A stretch of 64,000 nt of DNA, from the NCBI GenBank assembly GCA_026770705.1, contig JANJGN010000009.1, positions 158,038,001 to 158,102,000 of the forward strand, in the 5' to 3' direction. The stretch comes from Isurus oxyrinchus (Eukaryota). Positions within the stretch are counted from its first letter, which is position 1; every line of letters begins with the position of its first letter. The translations under genes were made by a program, and so were the position numbers. Of the stretch, positions 1 to 12,859 are shown in pieces. The notes under the pieces are model-generated. The model saw nothing but the letters and a program-made list of their open reading frames with translations. It was not told the origin of the DNA and searched no databases.

Positions 1-269
1 GCCTGAGCTTCAATTCCCAGATGTTTGGTCCTTCAGTTAAGTTGAAGTGTTGTAACTGTTGACAAAGTCAGTGAAAGGTGAAAGGTACGCATTATTATAA
101 TCAATTTTTCACCTCCTGTAAAGAACTCTGTAGTACATTGCAGCAATCTGTGTCATATGAGCTCTAGGTGAACCTTCTACAAGTATTAATCTAGATGCAA
201 GCAGCAGAGGAAAAGAGTCCAAAATATATTTTTAAACAGTTTAAACTATCAAATAAACTTTATGAAATA

Positions 270-430
270 TAATCGGAAAATCTGCACCTCCAGCAATACA
301 GCGCTCCCTTAGTTCTACGCTGAGGTGTGTCAGCCCAGATAACATTACTCTTGTTTCTGGAGCGGGGCAGAAACCTATGACCATCGGGCTTGGGCAAAAT
401 TGCTACCAATGAGCCAAGGCTGGCACCTGC
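270..430 (-). mobile_element. Deu-domain tRNA-SINE (SacSINE1-like), 5' fragment
   Basis: Reverse complement resembles the head of the copy at 25296 (ctgacacacctcagcgtagaactaagggagcgctgtattgctggaggtgc). Confidence 0.55.
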
Positions 431-1270
431 CCATCCAAAACCGTGCTTCAAAGTGCCAGACTACCTGTAAGAAGAACTACAGGAAATTGAGTATATTTAT
501 GTAATTAATACAAACTAGAAATTTATTGTACTTTGTTTTTCCAAGTTATGTAGAGAAGTACCTAATAAGAGCAAATACCGATACTCCCCCTTATAAGGGA
601 AGAGGGTTAACCTGATATCTCTATAGGACTTTCCTTTGTAAACGCTTTTTTCCTTGGCATGCATTTGTGATAAGTTTAAAGTCGCACGAATCATTATCCA
701 AACTCTTGTTTTTTTTTCATCTCCCCATTCTCTTTTCTTATGGCTAAGATTGGAACATCAGTGTGAAGGATAAAGTTGCAAGTTCCTGTTCTAATATTTC
801 ATGGCATCATTCCACAGTGTTAACTCTGAAACCTAGCAATTAAACCATTCTATTCATTGTATAGGGAGGAGTTTTCATAATTTCTAATGAGTCCAGTTTC
901 ACCAGCAGTTTGTTTGCACCACTGATTTCTGCGCTTTAGTGACAGGATTCCTGCTTATCACAGAACCAAAACTCTGTTGTACTGCAAATGAAAATCAGCT
1001 ATGCAGGTACATGTTCACAGGGTTCCACCACAGTCTTGTGCAATGCATTCCAGATCGTAATCACTCATTGTATGAAAAAATTTCTCGTGTCTCCATTGCT
1101 TCTTTTGTCAATTACCTTAAACCTGTGCCCTTTCGTTGTTCTTGCACTTTAACTCAGCTGCTGAGTTTGAATAATATTTCAGTGAATGGATGTCGCAATA
1201 TAGGGGAAATCTAACATTTTGATAAGTAGTAAATAGTTCTGTTTTCACAGAGCAGAGTTTATATTAATAC

Positions 1271-2296
1271 TGGCACAAAATCTTGGGAGTCTAAGACTGC
1301 AAAATTGGGCTCTGTAGCATTTGACAAGTCCAAAGGTACTGAAAATGGCAGATAGTCCACTTCTGAAATGGTCTGTATGGCGCATCATGATTGGAAGTGG
1401 GTACTAGTGCAGGAGAAGCCATGCCTGTGCTGAAACCATGCAGAGTGGGAAGATCGTGGCATCACTTAGTGCCTAACTCAGATTTGGCACCAAACCTGCT
1501 ATTTTCAACACCTCCCAGGTTCTGTTAACCATTCTCAGCCAAACATTAGTTTAGCTGCAGGATGGACCCTGGAACCCCTCCAGCAGGAGCACTATTTAAA
1601 TGCATTAACATAGGACTTCAGGCTGAAGTGCTTTTGACCTTTTCTTCTGTTGGTATGAGGCTTGCATCATTGATTAATGTGAGAGGTTGAGGTAGAGCAT
1701 ATTGGGCATGAATCCAGGTGTGAAGGGGGTTTGGTGCACTGAGCACTGTGCAAGTTTGCTGGTGTGCTGGGATGGATAAGAGATGGCTTTTGAAGATGCA
1801 TTCACTGTTCTTGACCACTTTTATGAGGTATTTAAACCTTTTCCAGCGCTGCAGTCAGGTCCTTTAGGCCACACTGCTCGAATTGACTTCAGTGGCCATT
1901 GCTTTTGCAATGTATGCCTTGAGGGCCTCCTATCTTCCTTTCCGCCTCCTAAGCTAAGGTCTGCACCAGTGCATCAGAGAACCTAGGAGCGCATCTCTCT
2001 CTGCTCCATTGCTACATTTTTTTCTCACTTTCCAGAAACACATTTTGGAGACCATTCCACTACCTGCTTCAGTCAGAATGCACTTCCTCTTTAAGAGGTG
2101 CCCACTGGTCTTTGCCCTCCCTGCTGAGTATGTAGCTGGTCAGCAGTGCACTTAGTGCTGGACTTTATGCTGCAATCAAGGAAATGAGCAAGCAACCTGA
2201 AGTTTGCAGGCTGCGTGCATCATGTCGAGTGGGCACAGAGCAATCCACACATGCAATCCCCGTGCCCAAAAACTGGCACTATCAGATTTTTGGCCC
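1271..2296. mobile_element. Degenerate non-autonomous PIF/Harbinger-like element
   Basis: GC-richer block bounded by imperfect TIRs tggcacaaaatct (1271-1283) and agatttttggccc (2284-2296). No clear TSD. Confidence 0.4.
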
Positions 2297-3629
2297 TTGA
2301 AGTTTTAAATAAAAGCAGGGGCAAAACTAACAGCAGACCTCTGTGAATCAAGTTGCTTGGATGATGGACTGCTGGAAAAGTTTGTATGTTCTTTCGTCTT
2401 TGTGATAGCCTACTGGTTTTGTTTGCCTCATAATTCGGCAGAGTAATGCAAACTGAATTGAGGAATGACCCAATCTATTTAAAAAAAAGTTCAATAAATA
2501 ACTTGGTGTAAGTAGGAGTGAATATATGATTAAAAGTATAATTTAGAAAATCAGTTTACTTTATGTAAAGATCCAATGATCTTGTACAAGGATAAACTTG
2601 TTTTTCAAGTTTTTAATTGCGTTAATATGTAGAGAAGGGACATTGTCTGCTGGATTAGTGAGTTAGGTTTGGGTGTGATTTTCTTATTGTATGGTCTGTT
2701 AATAAATGGACTTTGTACATCTTTACACCCGCTAGACAGTAATATTTTGGAAGGCAATATGGTAGCTGGTTTACAAGGAAGTCTGATTCATTAGCAACGA
2801 TACTTTTGAACTAAGCATGAGTTGATTTTTACTTTAGAAAAGTGGTTTCAGGCAGCCTGGAAAAGTCTGTGATTGTCAAAGGGCATCGTAATTATAAACA
2901 TTAATTATTTGCATCGGATATGTGCAAAAATGTTTCACTTGCTTATTGTCTATCTCAAAGTTTGGTTATTGGGGGGATAAAAACATTAGAGTGAATAATT
3001 GACCTTCATTTTCCAAGAGTGAAATGGAATAATTCAGAACACTGTACTACTGATAACTGACGTACAAACTCTCCAGGAGTAAACTTGTCCAGCATTTCAT
3101 CAAAGTTATTGCTGAAAGCTTACTCTTATTACGAACCAGTGGTTAAAAGCAATGTTCAACTGTGCCTAACTATTTTTAGATGCTAGCCGAAAGAGGTGTA
3201 CCTTTTTTGAGGCTGTTGAAGCACAGCAGTACTGGCTCATCCAGTACGTCCAGTTCTACCACAGCAAAGCTAACAGACATCACTTCTATTTAGTACCGAT
3301 ATAATGCTTCATATTTAATAAAGAACCAGGTATTGTAAATTCCAGTTAAGATAATCTGTTTATATAAATTGCACCTCTGTCATGTGTACCTCTCTTTTAG
3401 TCCTTTTTATGTTTGGTATTTTGGGAAAATACTTTAATAGTGATTTTTGTACAAGTGCTGTACATTTTTATGATTTTGCCTCTGCTATAGAATTGCAAAG
3501 TACCATGTGTTTATTGTACTTGATGGTTTATGTGTTTCGGTAGAAGTCCATCATTTTGTCTGTCTCTCCTACTCATTTGTCTCATTTTCACAACAGTCTT
3601 AAAAGTTTAAGCTGTCGTTCCTAGCTGTT

Positions 3630-4425
3630 GGGTTTCCATGACAGGTCAGTTGGTAAAGCAAATTTTATAATTGAACCATACAGACCAGAGAAGTTCCAGA
3701 TTCAAAATTCACTTTATTCTGAGTTAGCTGATCTTAGCTGGGTTGGCATTAGAGTTCCTACGATGACCCTCAGCTAAAGTGGGCAGTATCACCTAAGATT
3801 CCTCCTGATAATTATTCAGTGCTCCTGTTGGAAATTGCACAGGTGTAGACAATGCTCAAGCAACTCTGCACCATCCAGACAAAGCAGCCCCCTTGATTGT
3901 CACCCCATCTGCTACCACTAAAGTCTACTCCCTCCACCTACAGTGTGCATCATCTACAAGAGACACTGCAGCAATTCACCAAGGCTTCTGTGACAGCATT
4001 TCCAAATTCTGCAATCTCTACCACCTAGAGGAAGAAGGGCAGCAGAGGTGTGGGAACACCTGCAAGCAGCCCTCCAAATCACACATCATCCTGACTTGGA
4101 AATATATTGCTGTTCCTTCATCGCCATTGGGTCAAAATCTTAGAACTCCCTACCTCATGGCAATATTGGAGTTACTTCACATGGATTCCACCTGTTCAAG
4201 AAGACAGGTTGCCACTACATTATTGAACAATTAGGGATAAACAATACATTGTGGCATTGCTGGCGATGTCCACATCCCATGAATGAATTTTTAAAAAAGA
4301 CATTGGGCCAAGATTAAATAAGCTCCCAGTGCTGACTGCCTAAGCTTGTACACCACTCGATGGTGCTTAAGAGCACTGACACCTATGGAGCTGTTGTACC
4401 TCCATGAGTTGACACCTTTGGGAGC
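3630..4425 (+). mobile_element. Ancient tRNA-derived SINE (AmnSINE2-like), split by a LINE fragment
   Basis: Head ...catacagaccagagaagttccagattc...ctgagttagctgatcttagctggg...cctcctgataattattcagtg resembles the recalled AmnSINE2 consensus. It resumes after 4305. Confidence 0.5.
3855..4297 (+). mobile_element. 3' fragment of a CR1/L2-group LINE with (ATGA)n tail
   Basis: Remnant TIQ-KAA-LI-TP peptide; ends cacatcccatgaatgaat. Flanked by agacaatg (3847-3854) and agacattg (4298-4305), a probable TSD. Same family at 41805, 47005, 57637 and 31119(-). Confidence 0.75.
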
Positions 4426-6072
4426 TGTGCTTTTATTTTTAAAAATGACTTGTTTTCTAGGTTTTAATACTGGATTCCATTAGTTAACTTGCATCATAAA
4501 AAAATGTTAGTTAACCAGTGTTAAAACTATAGGCTGATGATTGTGAAGCTAAAGGTGGTGTCACATTTAGCATGATAGTTAAATCAGGCACTGGACTGCA
4601 AAATTTATGATCCTCAATCATTTTTTAGTGTTACAATGCTAAATCTGTTCCTTTTTAAGCAGTTAAATGTTTGTCTTCAAATTAAAATTAGCTTTTAGAA
4701 ATTCATCACAGAAATCGCACCCTGACTGTTACTGAGCTTAGGTTATTGAAGAACCAGGATTACCATTGGCCCAACGTTTACATAAGTGGCTCTTTTCCAG
4801 GAAAAACAACTGAGTGCTATTCCAAAGTCTGTTCTAGAGATCTTAAAACTGGATTGTTAACAATTTTTGAGCTGTATCAGATCTTGCTCTTTTTAGTACA
4901 AAAGACCAATCCTGTAAGTGAGCCCTTGTTCTCTGTGAACCAGTTTAACCTTATACACTCAGTATCTCACAATGTCACATTGTACAAACTTACTTTGTTA
5001 CTCTAATTTGCTCACTGAAGATACCATAAGTCTTGATGTGGTCTTCTGTTCTTTGAACAACAGAAGAAAAACGACTGTCAGACTGTGGCTTAAGTTAAAA
5101 TTTGTGATTTGAGTTTATTTAGTAATATACTAAATAGTAGCAGAAATTTATCACAGCAAACACAGTTACTTAACTGAATCAACTACATTACAATTTAAAC
5201 ATTCCTGAATTAGTAAATTTTTGACAAAAACATTGCATCTGCAAGATTGAAACTAATGACTTTCCATCAATTTATCCTCATGGAACTGACTTCAGTAGAT
5301 TTGATTCCCGGCCTAAGTATTCTGGCTTTGATGAATGTGCAACTTCCAGACTAGGAAGCTATTTTAAAATAAAACGGAATAATACTAACCTCAAATGCTG
5401 TGAAGAAAAGAGAAATAAACCATAGACCAAAAACTCCAATTTAATTAAAGGACATTAGTTTAATTCTTGTGCAAAGGGCAGAATTGCCAGCAAACTTTTA
5501 TAAGTTTTTACAAGTAGGAAGGATTTTGACGAATGAACTGCAGGGACCTTGATGACCAAAGGAGTGCATTATGTTTGGGCAGGGAATGAAAACTAGGTCA
5601 CAATCATTGGAGTAGATGATACGCACAGGGGACCTACTTGCTGAAGGGGTTTGAAGAAACAGAAGAAGTTGAGGCCATGTCTGGATTTGCAGGTAAAGAG
5701 TAGTGTCTTAGTATAGATCTTCCAAAGGGTATCAGTGCAGCTTAGTGACAACAGGACAGGTGAGGACAAAAAAAACATGCATTCTGGATGATTTGTAATT
5801 TCTATATATGGTCTAAATGGAAAGACCATAATGGAGAGTATTGAACAGACTCTTGAGATAAAAGATGCGGTTTTAGAGGCAGTGTTCTGAGCTTGAAAGA
5901 AAATGGCCTTGATGAAAGAACCATCAAACTATTGGACCCACCTTCATGAGATTTGCTCCCTGCAATACTTTGTGTACTATTTGTTAAACTTAGTTTGTCA
6001 AACTAAAGGGGGAAAAAAACCTAAGCTAACTATCATAGTCAGTCAGTGAATCTTTTGTTTTTCAGAGCAAAA

Positions 6073-6171
6073 ATGAACCTGGAAAATCTCAGCAAGCCAG
6101 AATTGCTGATGTTCTTCAGTGTGCTTGAAGGAGAACTTGAAGCAAGAGACGTAGTGATTGAAGCATTGCAA
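6073..6171 (+). CDS. CTTNBP2NL: CTTNBP2 N-terminal-like protein, coding exon 1 (33 aa)
   Basis: Acceptor ttttgtttttcAG ends at 6065, ATG at 6073. Encodes MNLENLSKPELLMFFSVLEGELEARDVVIEALQ, matching the recalled CTTNBP2NL N-terminus (MNLEKLSKPELL...EGELEARDLVIEALK). Donor GTAAGT at 6172; 99 nt, phase 0. Confidence 0.96.
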
Positions 6172-7094
6172 GTAAGTGGCACAGATTTTTCTTTATTTTT
6201 CCCACATAAGGTAGGAGCCACAGATTTTATTTTACTTCTCACATAAAAATGTCAGATATTTCAGCTTGTTGCAAGGTAAATTTATTCATTTTAATTGCCA
6301 TTAAATCATAAATATATGTGTACAGTCATCCCTTTCTCCAGTGTTAACGTGGAGCTGTCCTTGTGATGATTTTGTGAATTGACAAAAAGTCAATGATTTT
6401 AACACGAGCCACAAACCTACTATAAATATAATTTTAAATATCTGTTACTTCCCTATCACAATATTCCAGAGCTGACAACCTAACTGATACTCACTGGTCA
6501 GAAGTATAGGTAGTTGATGTGCTAACCTAATCTACTATGAAGCCATGCAAAAACTACTTTCCATTGTCCTCTTACAGGATGGCACTGGGAGGAAGTGTCT
6601 GCTCCCAGCAGATTTCTTTGTTTAATGCAGCATTAAGGAAATGACTGAGGCAAATAGGAAATTCCATTTTTATTATATATTATGTGGCAATCATATGTAA
6701 TTTTGAGCTCATCTAATGAGGTACATATTTCTATGATAAAACTTGTTGTTGCAGAGGTTAAGTGATTGTGAGGAAAAAAAACTTTATTTCATACAATCGA
6801 GATCTACTGGCTTGATGTGGGATGCTGTTTGTTTTATAGCCGTTTAGTTATGCAGAATGTGAGCTGTTTTGTAATTAATCCAGACAGTTGACATTGAAAG
6901 TAAACCTTCAGGTTTCGGATGATTGCTAGTACCAAAACCTGCTGTGCTGAAATTAATGTGTTGCCATATAAAGTCGACAGCTCACTCGGGACTCGCTCAC
7001 CATACAAATTTTGCAATCTTTGGCTACTTGATCAAAAGTTGCAGGCAAGCCACTTGACTGTAATGCTTCATTACTGGGTGTCTGGGTTAATCAC

Positions 7095-8460
7095 AGATGA
7101 TGTCTTGTTCGTCCTTTGAGGTGAAGATGACCGTGTTCATCATCTTCAATGTTTGCTAGGGTCCCGATTGGTATGTAGGTGACTGTTGAGGCCGATCTCT
7201 GCCCGAAGGTTTTGCTGCACATAGGGCAGGATGCCACATATGATTGAGTTCTGGATGAGTTGCTGGCTTGGGATTTCCCCTCCTTGCATTTTCCCTGATT
7301 TATGTTTTCAAAGGGAGCTGCATGTTCTTATTTGGTTGTGCCACGTGCAGCAATTCTGGGCAAGCTTTTCCCAGGATTCGAAGTCCTAATTGAAGCCTTC
7401 AGAGAATCCTTGTAGCACTTCCTTTGACCACTGTGAGAATGTATTCCAGACTCGAGCTTTCCATTGAAGATTCGTGTGTCTTATTCTCCAATGCATATGA
7501 CAACTTTGGCCTCACAATCAAGCACGAAGAAAACTGAAGTATCAGCCTGCTTCAAGAAAGCCCTATCTCAAGCCCAAGGTTTCACACCATGACTAGAACC
7601 CGTCAGTAGTTCACTTATCTCAGCAGCATGCTCTCTCAATCTGTTTATATGGATGATGAGACGCATGCAAGAATTGCCAAAGCCAAGTGTAGCCTTCAGC
7701 AGACTTCCAACACCAGTCTGGAAATGAAGAGGAATAAGTCTGCCTACCAAACTGAAAGTCTATACAGCAACAGTCCTGCCCACTCCACTCTGCACATGTG
7801 TGATTTGGACTGTGTACCACCATCATGGTGAGAAGTTCATTCTTGCTACGTGAGCAGCCCTAACCCAATTGTGACTGTCTCAGTATGGTGTGGATGCCTG
7901 GCATGCCAGCATGGGTGAGCACCTCCAGTGTCTGGTATTTTGTCCTGCCATCTGATCTTCAGAAACTTTGAAGGCAGCTCAAGTGAAAGTAGTTGAACTT
8001 CTCACCATGATGGTGGTACACAGTCCAAGTCACACATGCGCAGAGTGGAGTGGGCAGGACTGTTGCTGTATAGACTTTCAGTTTGGTAGGCAGACTTATT
8101 CCTCTTCATTTCCAGACTGATGTTTGAAGTCTGCTGAAGGCTACACTTGGCTTTGGCAATTCTTGCATGCGTCTCATCATCCATATAAACAGATTGAGAG
8201 AGCATGCTGCTGAGATAAGTGAACTACTGACGGGTTCTAGTCATGGTGTGAAACCTTGGGCTTGAGATAGGGCTTTCTTGAAGCAGGCTGATACTTCAGT
8301 TTTCTTTGTGCTTGATTGTGAGGCCAAAGTTGTCACATGCATTGGAGAATAAGTCCGTGATACATTGCATGTCCAGCTCTTAGCCTGCAGCCAGTGCAAA
8401 GTCATCGGCAAACAGGAAATCGCAAAATATGTCCTTGGAGACCTTCGTCTTTGCCTTCAG
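7095..8460 (-). mobile_element. RTE-clade (BovB-like) LINE, 3' part, degenerate
   Basis: Minus-strand remnants of RT/C-terminal motifs DFLFADD, FGLTI-TKKTEV, YLSS-LS, RIAKA, KLKVY-A-VL-TPL, GQRK-YKDSLKAS. Confidence 0.85.
7480..8353. repeat. Near-perfect inverted repeat: arms 7480-7839 and 7994-8353, 154-bp spacer
   Basis: Direct comparison gives about 6 mismatches in 360 bp. ORFs 7628..7831(+) and 8002..8205(-) translate almost identically. Confidence 0.97.
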
Positions 8461-9695
8461 TGATGATATATCATGTTCTCTTCAGAGATGTCCAATTAAG
8501 TCTTGGAGTTATGCTTGCAGAGCTACAACTATAAGATCAGCATCTAGCAAAATCATCAGTCTGCTAATAAAATTTATATCTAATGTCTTAATAGAAGCAA
8601 ATTACATGCTAATTTATTTAGGTTATATGTAATTTTTAAAGGTTCAGGTTTTGTTGTGTGTAAGTATGGTGCCGTAAGCATGCATTGGAATTTCATGTTT
8701 ATTGGTTCTCAAAGTTGTTGCCCTCCTATTCTAGCTGACTTTTTGCCAAATTCTACTGCACTGGAACACTGCTAATTTGAGGTCTGCGTTAGTGAGATTT
8801 TTTAAAATTTTGCTTTCTTTGTGGTTGCTCTTTTTATTGAAGCTTGAAGAGTAGTTGTTCACATAAATTTAGATGCGCATATAGTGACAGACATTGTTCA
8901 AGATAGCATGTGGGATTGTGATTATGTAGAGGCACAAGGTGACAAGAGTATCAAGTAGGCCATATGGCTAAATAAAACCTCGATTTAGTTCACACCTATG
9001 TTCCCAGATTTCTTTCTTCCACTATATTCTCTTCAAAGCTAAAGCTGAAAATCCTGGGACAGCAGAACTCAAACCTAGGAAAAGATACTTCTCTGCTAAA
9101 GGAGCAGAAACTTATCAATTATATTCTATAGTCAGGATTTTGTTGAAGACTGACTTTTCAAAAACTATGTGAGTAGCTTCCGACAAATCTCAGCAGGTTT
9201 TAGTGACTGTTCATTGAAATATGTTCAAGCGCTTGAATCAGTTCTCCTTTTGCTTGAACTCTTGGTTATCTCAGTATAGTAGAGACTATGTTAGCTTCTA
9301 ACACAAAGAAATGGTACAGTTATTAATCAAACTTTTATATTAGCTTTGTGTCAGGAACTCGTTACAAAAATGTTGAAGTCCAGAGAATCCCCATTACTTT
9401 TCATTTCAAGGTTCCATTTCATGTAGCATACACTGGGACTTGTGGTCCAAGATGTATTTTAATTGGCTAACTTACTCATTCACATCAATACAGATCTAGA
9501 TGTAATTGTTTTTTTTAACTTGGTTAAATAATTTTTCCAGTTTACGGCCCAACTAGCTGGAATGTAGAAATTGTTTAAACATTAGCATGGACACAATGGG
9601 CCAAATGGCCTTCCTATGTGCCATAAACGTTTCAGTATTTCTGTGTAGCATATAATACACCCAAGGTTCTGATAAGAAGATCTGAAATGTTGGTT

Positions 9696-10307
9696 AAGCA
9701 GGATTTTTTGTACGGTGATGTTTCCCACCCGGCACCAAAAAAAGTCTACGCGAGCGCATCCTCAACTGCTGGCCAATCTGGTTGAATGGCAGCCCTGTAA
9801 TCCCAGTAGCACCACCGAGAGCGGTGACCACTGCTGGGACCTAAGGCAGTTTTCTCCCCCCACCTCTCTTGTCCCGATGCTTACCCACTGAGCCTCCGAG
9901 TTAAGCTCCAGTAGTTGTTTGGAAATAAAGACCAAAACCAAGACAGACTCCTTCAGATAGAGTTTTATTTCTGGTGCATAAAACTCTCGACATGGAGAAA
10001 TTGCCCTTGTTTTCCCCTGTATACATCCAAATGGATACTTAGGTTGTTAACTGAGGATTAGCAATTGAACTCCTTGTGAGTTAACTTGCTTCCTTCCCCA
10101 ACACTCTGGACTGTCCCTGACCTCCTTCCACCGGCCTCAAAATTGCAGCTGAGCAGGAAGCAGACCTTAAGTGACGATTTAAGGGCCTTGATTGGGACAA
10201 GGGCAGCCCTCCCCCACAAAGTTTCTGACCGGTTGGGGAAGGCAGGTAGTCGGCAGGAAGGCCACCCAGAGAATTTTACGGGCTCACCCGCCTGCAAAAT
10301 TTTGTCT
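9696..10307. mobile_element. Degenerate Harbinger-like MITE hosting the solo LTR
   Basis: GC-rich block with imperfect termini aagcaggattttt ... aaaattttgtct. Confidence 0.35.
9899..10103 (-). mobile_element. Solo LTR of the Copia (GalEa-like) family found at 19045-23432
   Basis: Reverse complement (tgttggggaaggaagcaagttaactcacaaggagttc...aagtatccatttggatgtata...ggtctttatt...cttaac) aligns end to end with LTR 23229-23432. 5-bp TSD ctccg (9894-9898) / ctctg (10104-10108). Confidence 0.88.
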
Positions 10308-11889
10308 GCTAACTCAATTTCTCTCCACTAATGTGGCCAGATCTGCTGAGTATGTCCAGCCTTTTATATTGGGAAAGTAGATATTCCAACTAGCAAGAGT
10401 TTAAAATTTAACAGTCAAGAGCCAAAATATTATTAATGCATGTAAATACGCATTCAGAGTTCTGCCAAATGGTTCTGCAAGTTGACACTGTAACCTTTAT
10501 CAACAATGTGCCTTCATATAGTGTCTCAAGGAATGACTGAAGGATAGAAAATAGGCGTAAATGGAAGTTTTTTTGATTCATAAGTGAAACTAGTGGCATG
10601 CTCTGGTGATCTCTATTGCAACCCCTTGTAACATTTTGATAATGAGCTCAGAAGGAACAATGCAAAATTTTCTGGAGAAAAATTTTAAAATGTGATAAAC
10701 TGAGGAATGATGCAGGATAGGTGAATGGATAAAAATGTTAGCATATATAGATATGAAATAATATATTTTTCTGACAATGTACTGAGGGCGGAATTGTATA
10801 CCAAACTAAAATTCTCTTGAATTAGCAGCAGACAAGAGACTTTTATATCTGAACAATTGCCTATAAAAGTCACAAATGTTTATATGAACACAATACAAAA
10901 AGGGGTGATGATGAATCTGTAAAATATATTGATTAGCTGGATTACTTTGTACAATTTTGAACAATCCTATGAGTTAAAGATATTGGAACTATAGAAAAGA
11001 TTAAACAGATTTCTCATTGTGACAACAAAGATGAGAGAGTAGAATTATAAAAATACAGGAACTCTATTCATTTGAAACAAGATAAGTTAAGGAAGGAGCT
11101 CCACATTTCTAAAGGGCTTGCAAGGGGAAGTGATAAATATGGTTGATTGATTTATTAAAAAAGGGGACATAAATATGGAATTGTGGTCTAATAATAGTTG
11201 TCATTTTTATAAAAATTTTATCCAGTAATTCTAATTAAGCAGCATCAAATTAATAGGAGTAGACAGCAATACTAGAAGTGTGGTTTTAAATTGTGCAGAA
11301 GAAATTTTTCAGGTAAAGTGTTAATAGAATAAGGAATTTTAGAAGTAGATACTAAAGTCAAGTCAATCACAATCTTTAAGCGGGCATTAAATAAATATTC
11401 TAGAGGGAAAAGCATTAATAGTAAGCAAAGGACCAAGGAAATGTAATTTGAACAGTTTCTGTGTGGACCCAGTACAATAAGTAGGACAGTGAGCCAGATA
11501 GATTCCTCTGCTGAATTTGCTGTGATCTACACCATGGTTGTTATACACATTAAAATGCCTATTCATCTTGACAGCATCATCTCCATGGTGATGATTTCAA
11601 AACTGCAGTTGGCAGCAGACCAACAGCTGACAGAAGTTAATGAAAACTACTCTTTTCCTAATAAAATGCATAAGCAATGGCATAGATTTTAAGCAAAGGG
11701 TAGCACAGAAAGTTCCTATGTTTAATTCTAAACTGCAAAACACACACATGAACATCAAAATCATCCTTGATCTGTCAGTTCAGTCACATTTGTGCTTAAT
11801 GCTTTTGTTTTGCTAAATGTGGTTTTGATCAACTGAACTGATGTTGATATTGAACACACCACAGAAACAAAATATTCCTAAATTGGAAG

Positions 11890-12215
11890 AGAAGAAAGCT
11901 AATAGGAGATTTGATAGAGGTATTCAAAATCACAAGGGACTTGGACAGAGTTGATCAGGAGAAACTGTTCCCAGTCATGAAAGGATCGAGAACGAGGGGG
12001 CAGTGGTCTCTGCTAGTGGGATTCGCTGCCTGAGAGTGAGGAAGGAAGTAGGTTCAATCGAATCATGCAAAAGGGAATTAGACTGTTATCTGAAAAGGAA
12101 GAACGTACAGGGTTATGAGGAGGAGGGGGGAAACTGGCACTAAGGGAATTTCTCATTCGGAGAGTGGCTGCAGACATGATGGGCCTAATGGCCTCTTCCT
12201 GGGCTGTAAATTCTG
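11890..12215 (+). mobile_element. CR1 LINE 3' end
   Basis: GDLIEVFKI-KGLDRVD-EKLFP remnant plus CR1 3' UTR (gggcctaatggcctc). Confidence 0.75.
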
Positions 12216-12859
12216 AGACTCAGCTGTGAAATTTTGCATTTCTAATTTGTACATGAGTTTAAAAAAAAACATGTTCAGTTTCTGTTATGTTAGCAAAGCA
12301 GTAGTTTTTAACTGCGCACAGTATCTGCTCTAACTCTCAAGGTTGTGTTCAGCAAGCTTGGCACAGGTCTTTGCTCTTTTAATTTGTAATAGTTCCTCTT
12401 GATGTGCAGTCATTTTTGTATGATGAATGATTTTTGGTTCATAGTTTCTGTTTATGAGCAAGTAGGTCTACTTCCTGTGTTATGCCATGACTACAGTAGC
12501 ATTTGTAGTTCATGATTACACATTTGGCTAAAAGTGATGAAAATCACTATTTTTGTAGATTTGGGTCAAAATGAGATTCCTGCAGTAGGTTATTATAATT
12601 CTCTTTAAACATGAGCTGTTATTGGGCCCTGGGAGAGGTTTCCTGTGCAGGAAACAAAACCAGATGACCACAACCTTTTGTCACATGTGACTATCTCAAT
12701 TTCTCCATTTGTATCCTGTATTTGCTCCCATATGAATTCAGACAAGATGCATTCCCTTTATACTCTACCACTCTTGAGAAAAATATACTAGAGGTGTGAT
12801 TGTAAAGTTACTAAAGTCCACAGTGGGTTTTGGCTGATTCATAATTTCCTTTGAGATGA

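Noticed and set aside
1-6065. Promoter or non-coding first exon of CTTNBP2NL
   Set aside because: No CpG island or supportable exon; the transcription start is probably upstream of the window.
7568-8205. Twin 67-aa ORFs as a duplicated small gene
   Set aside because: Frameshifted RTE remnants duplicated by the inverted repeat.
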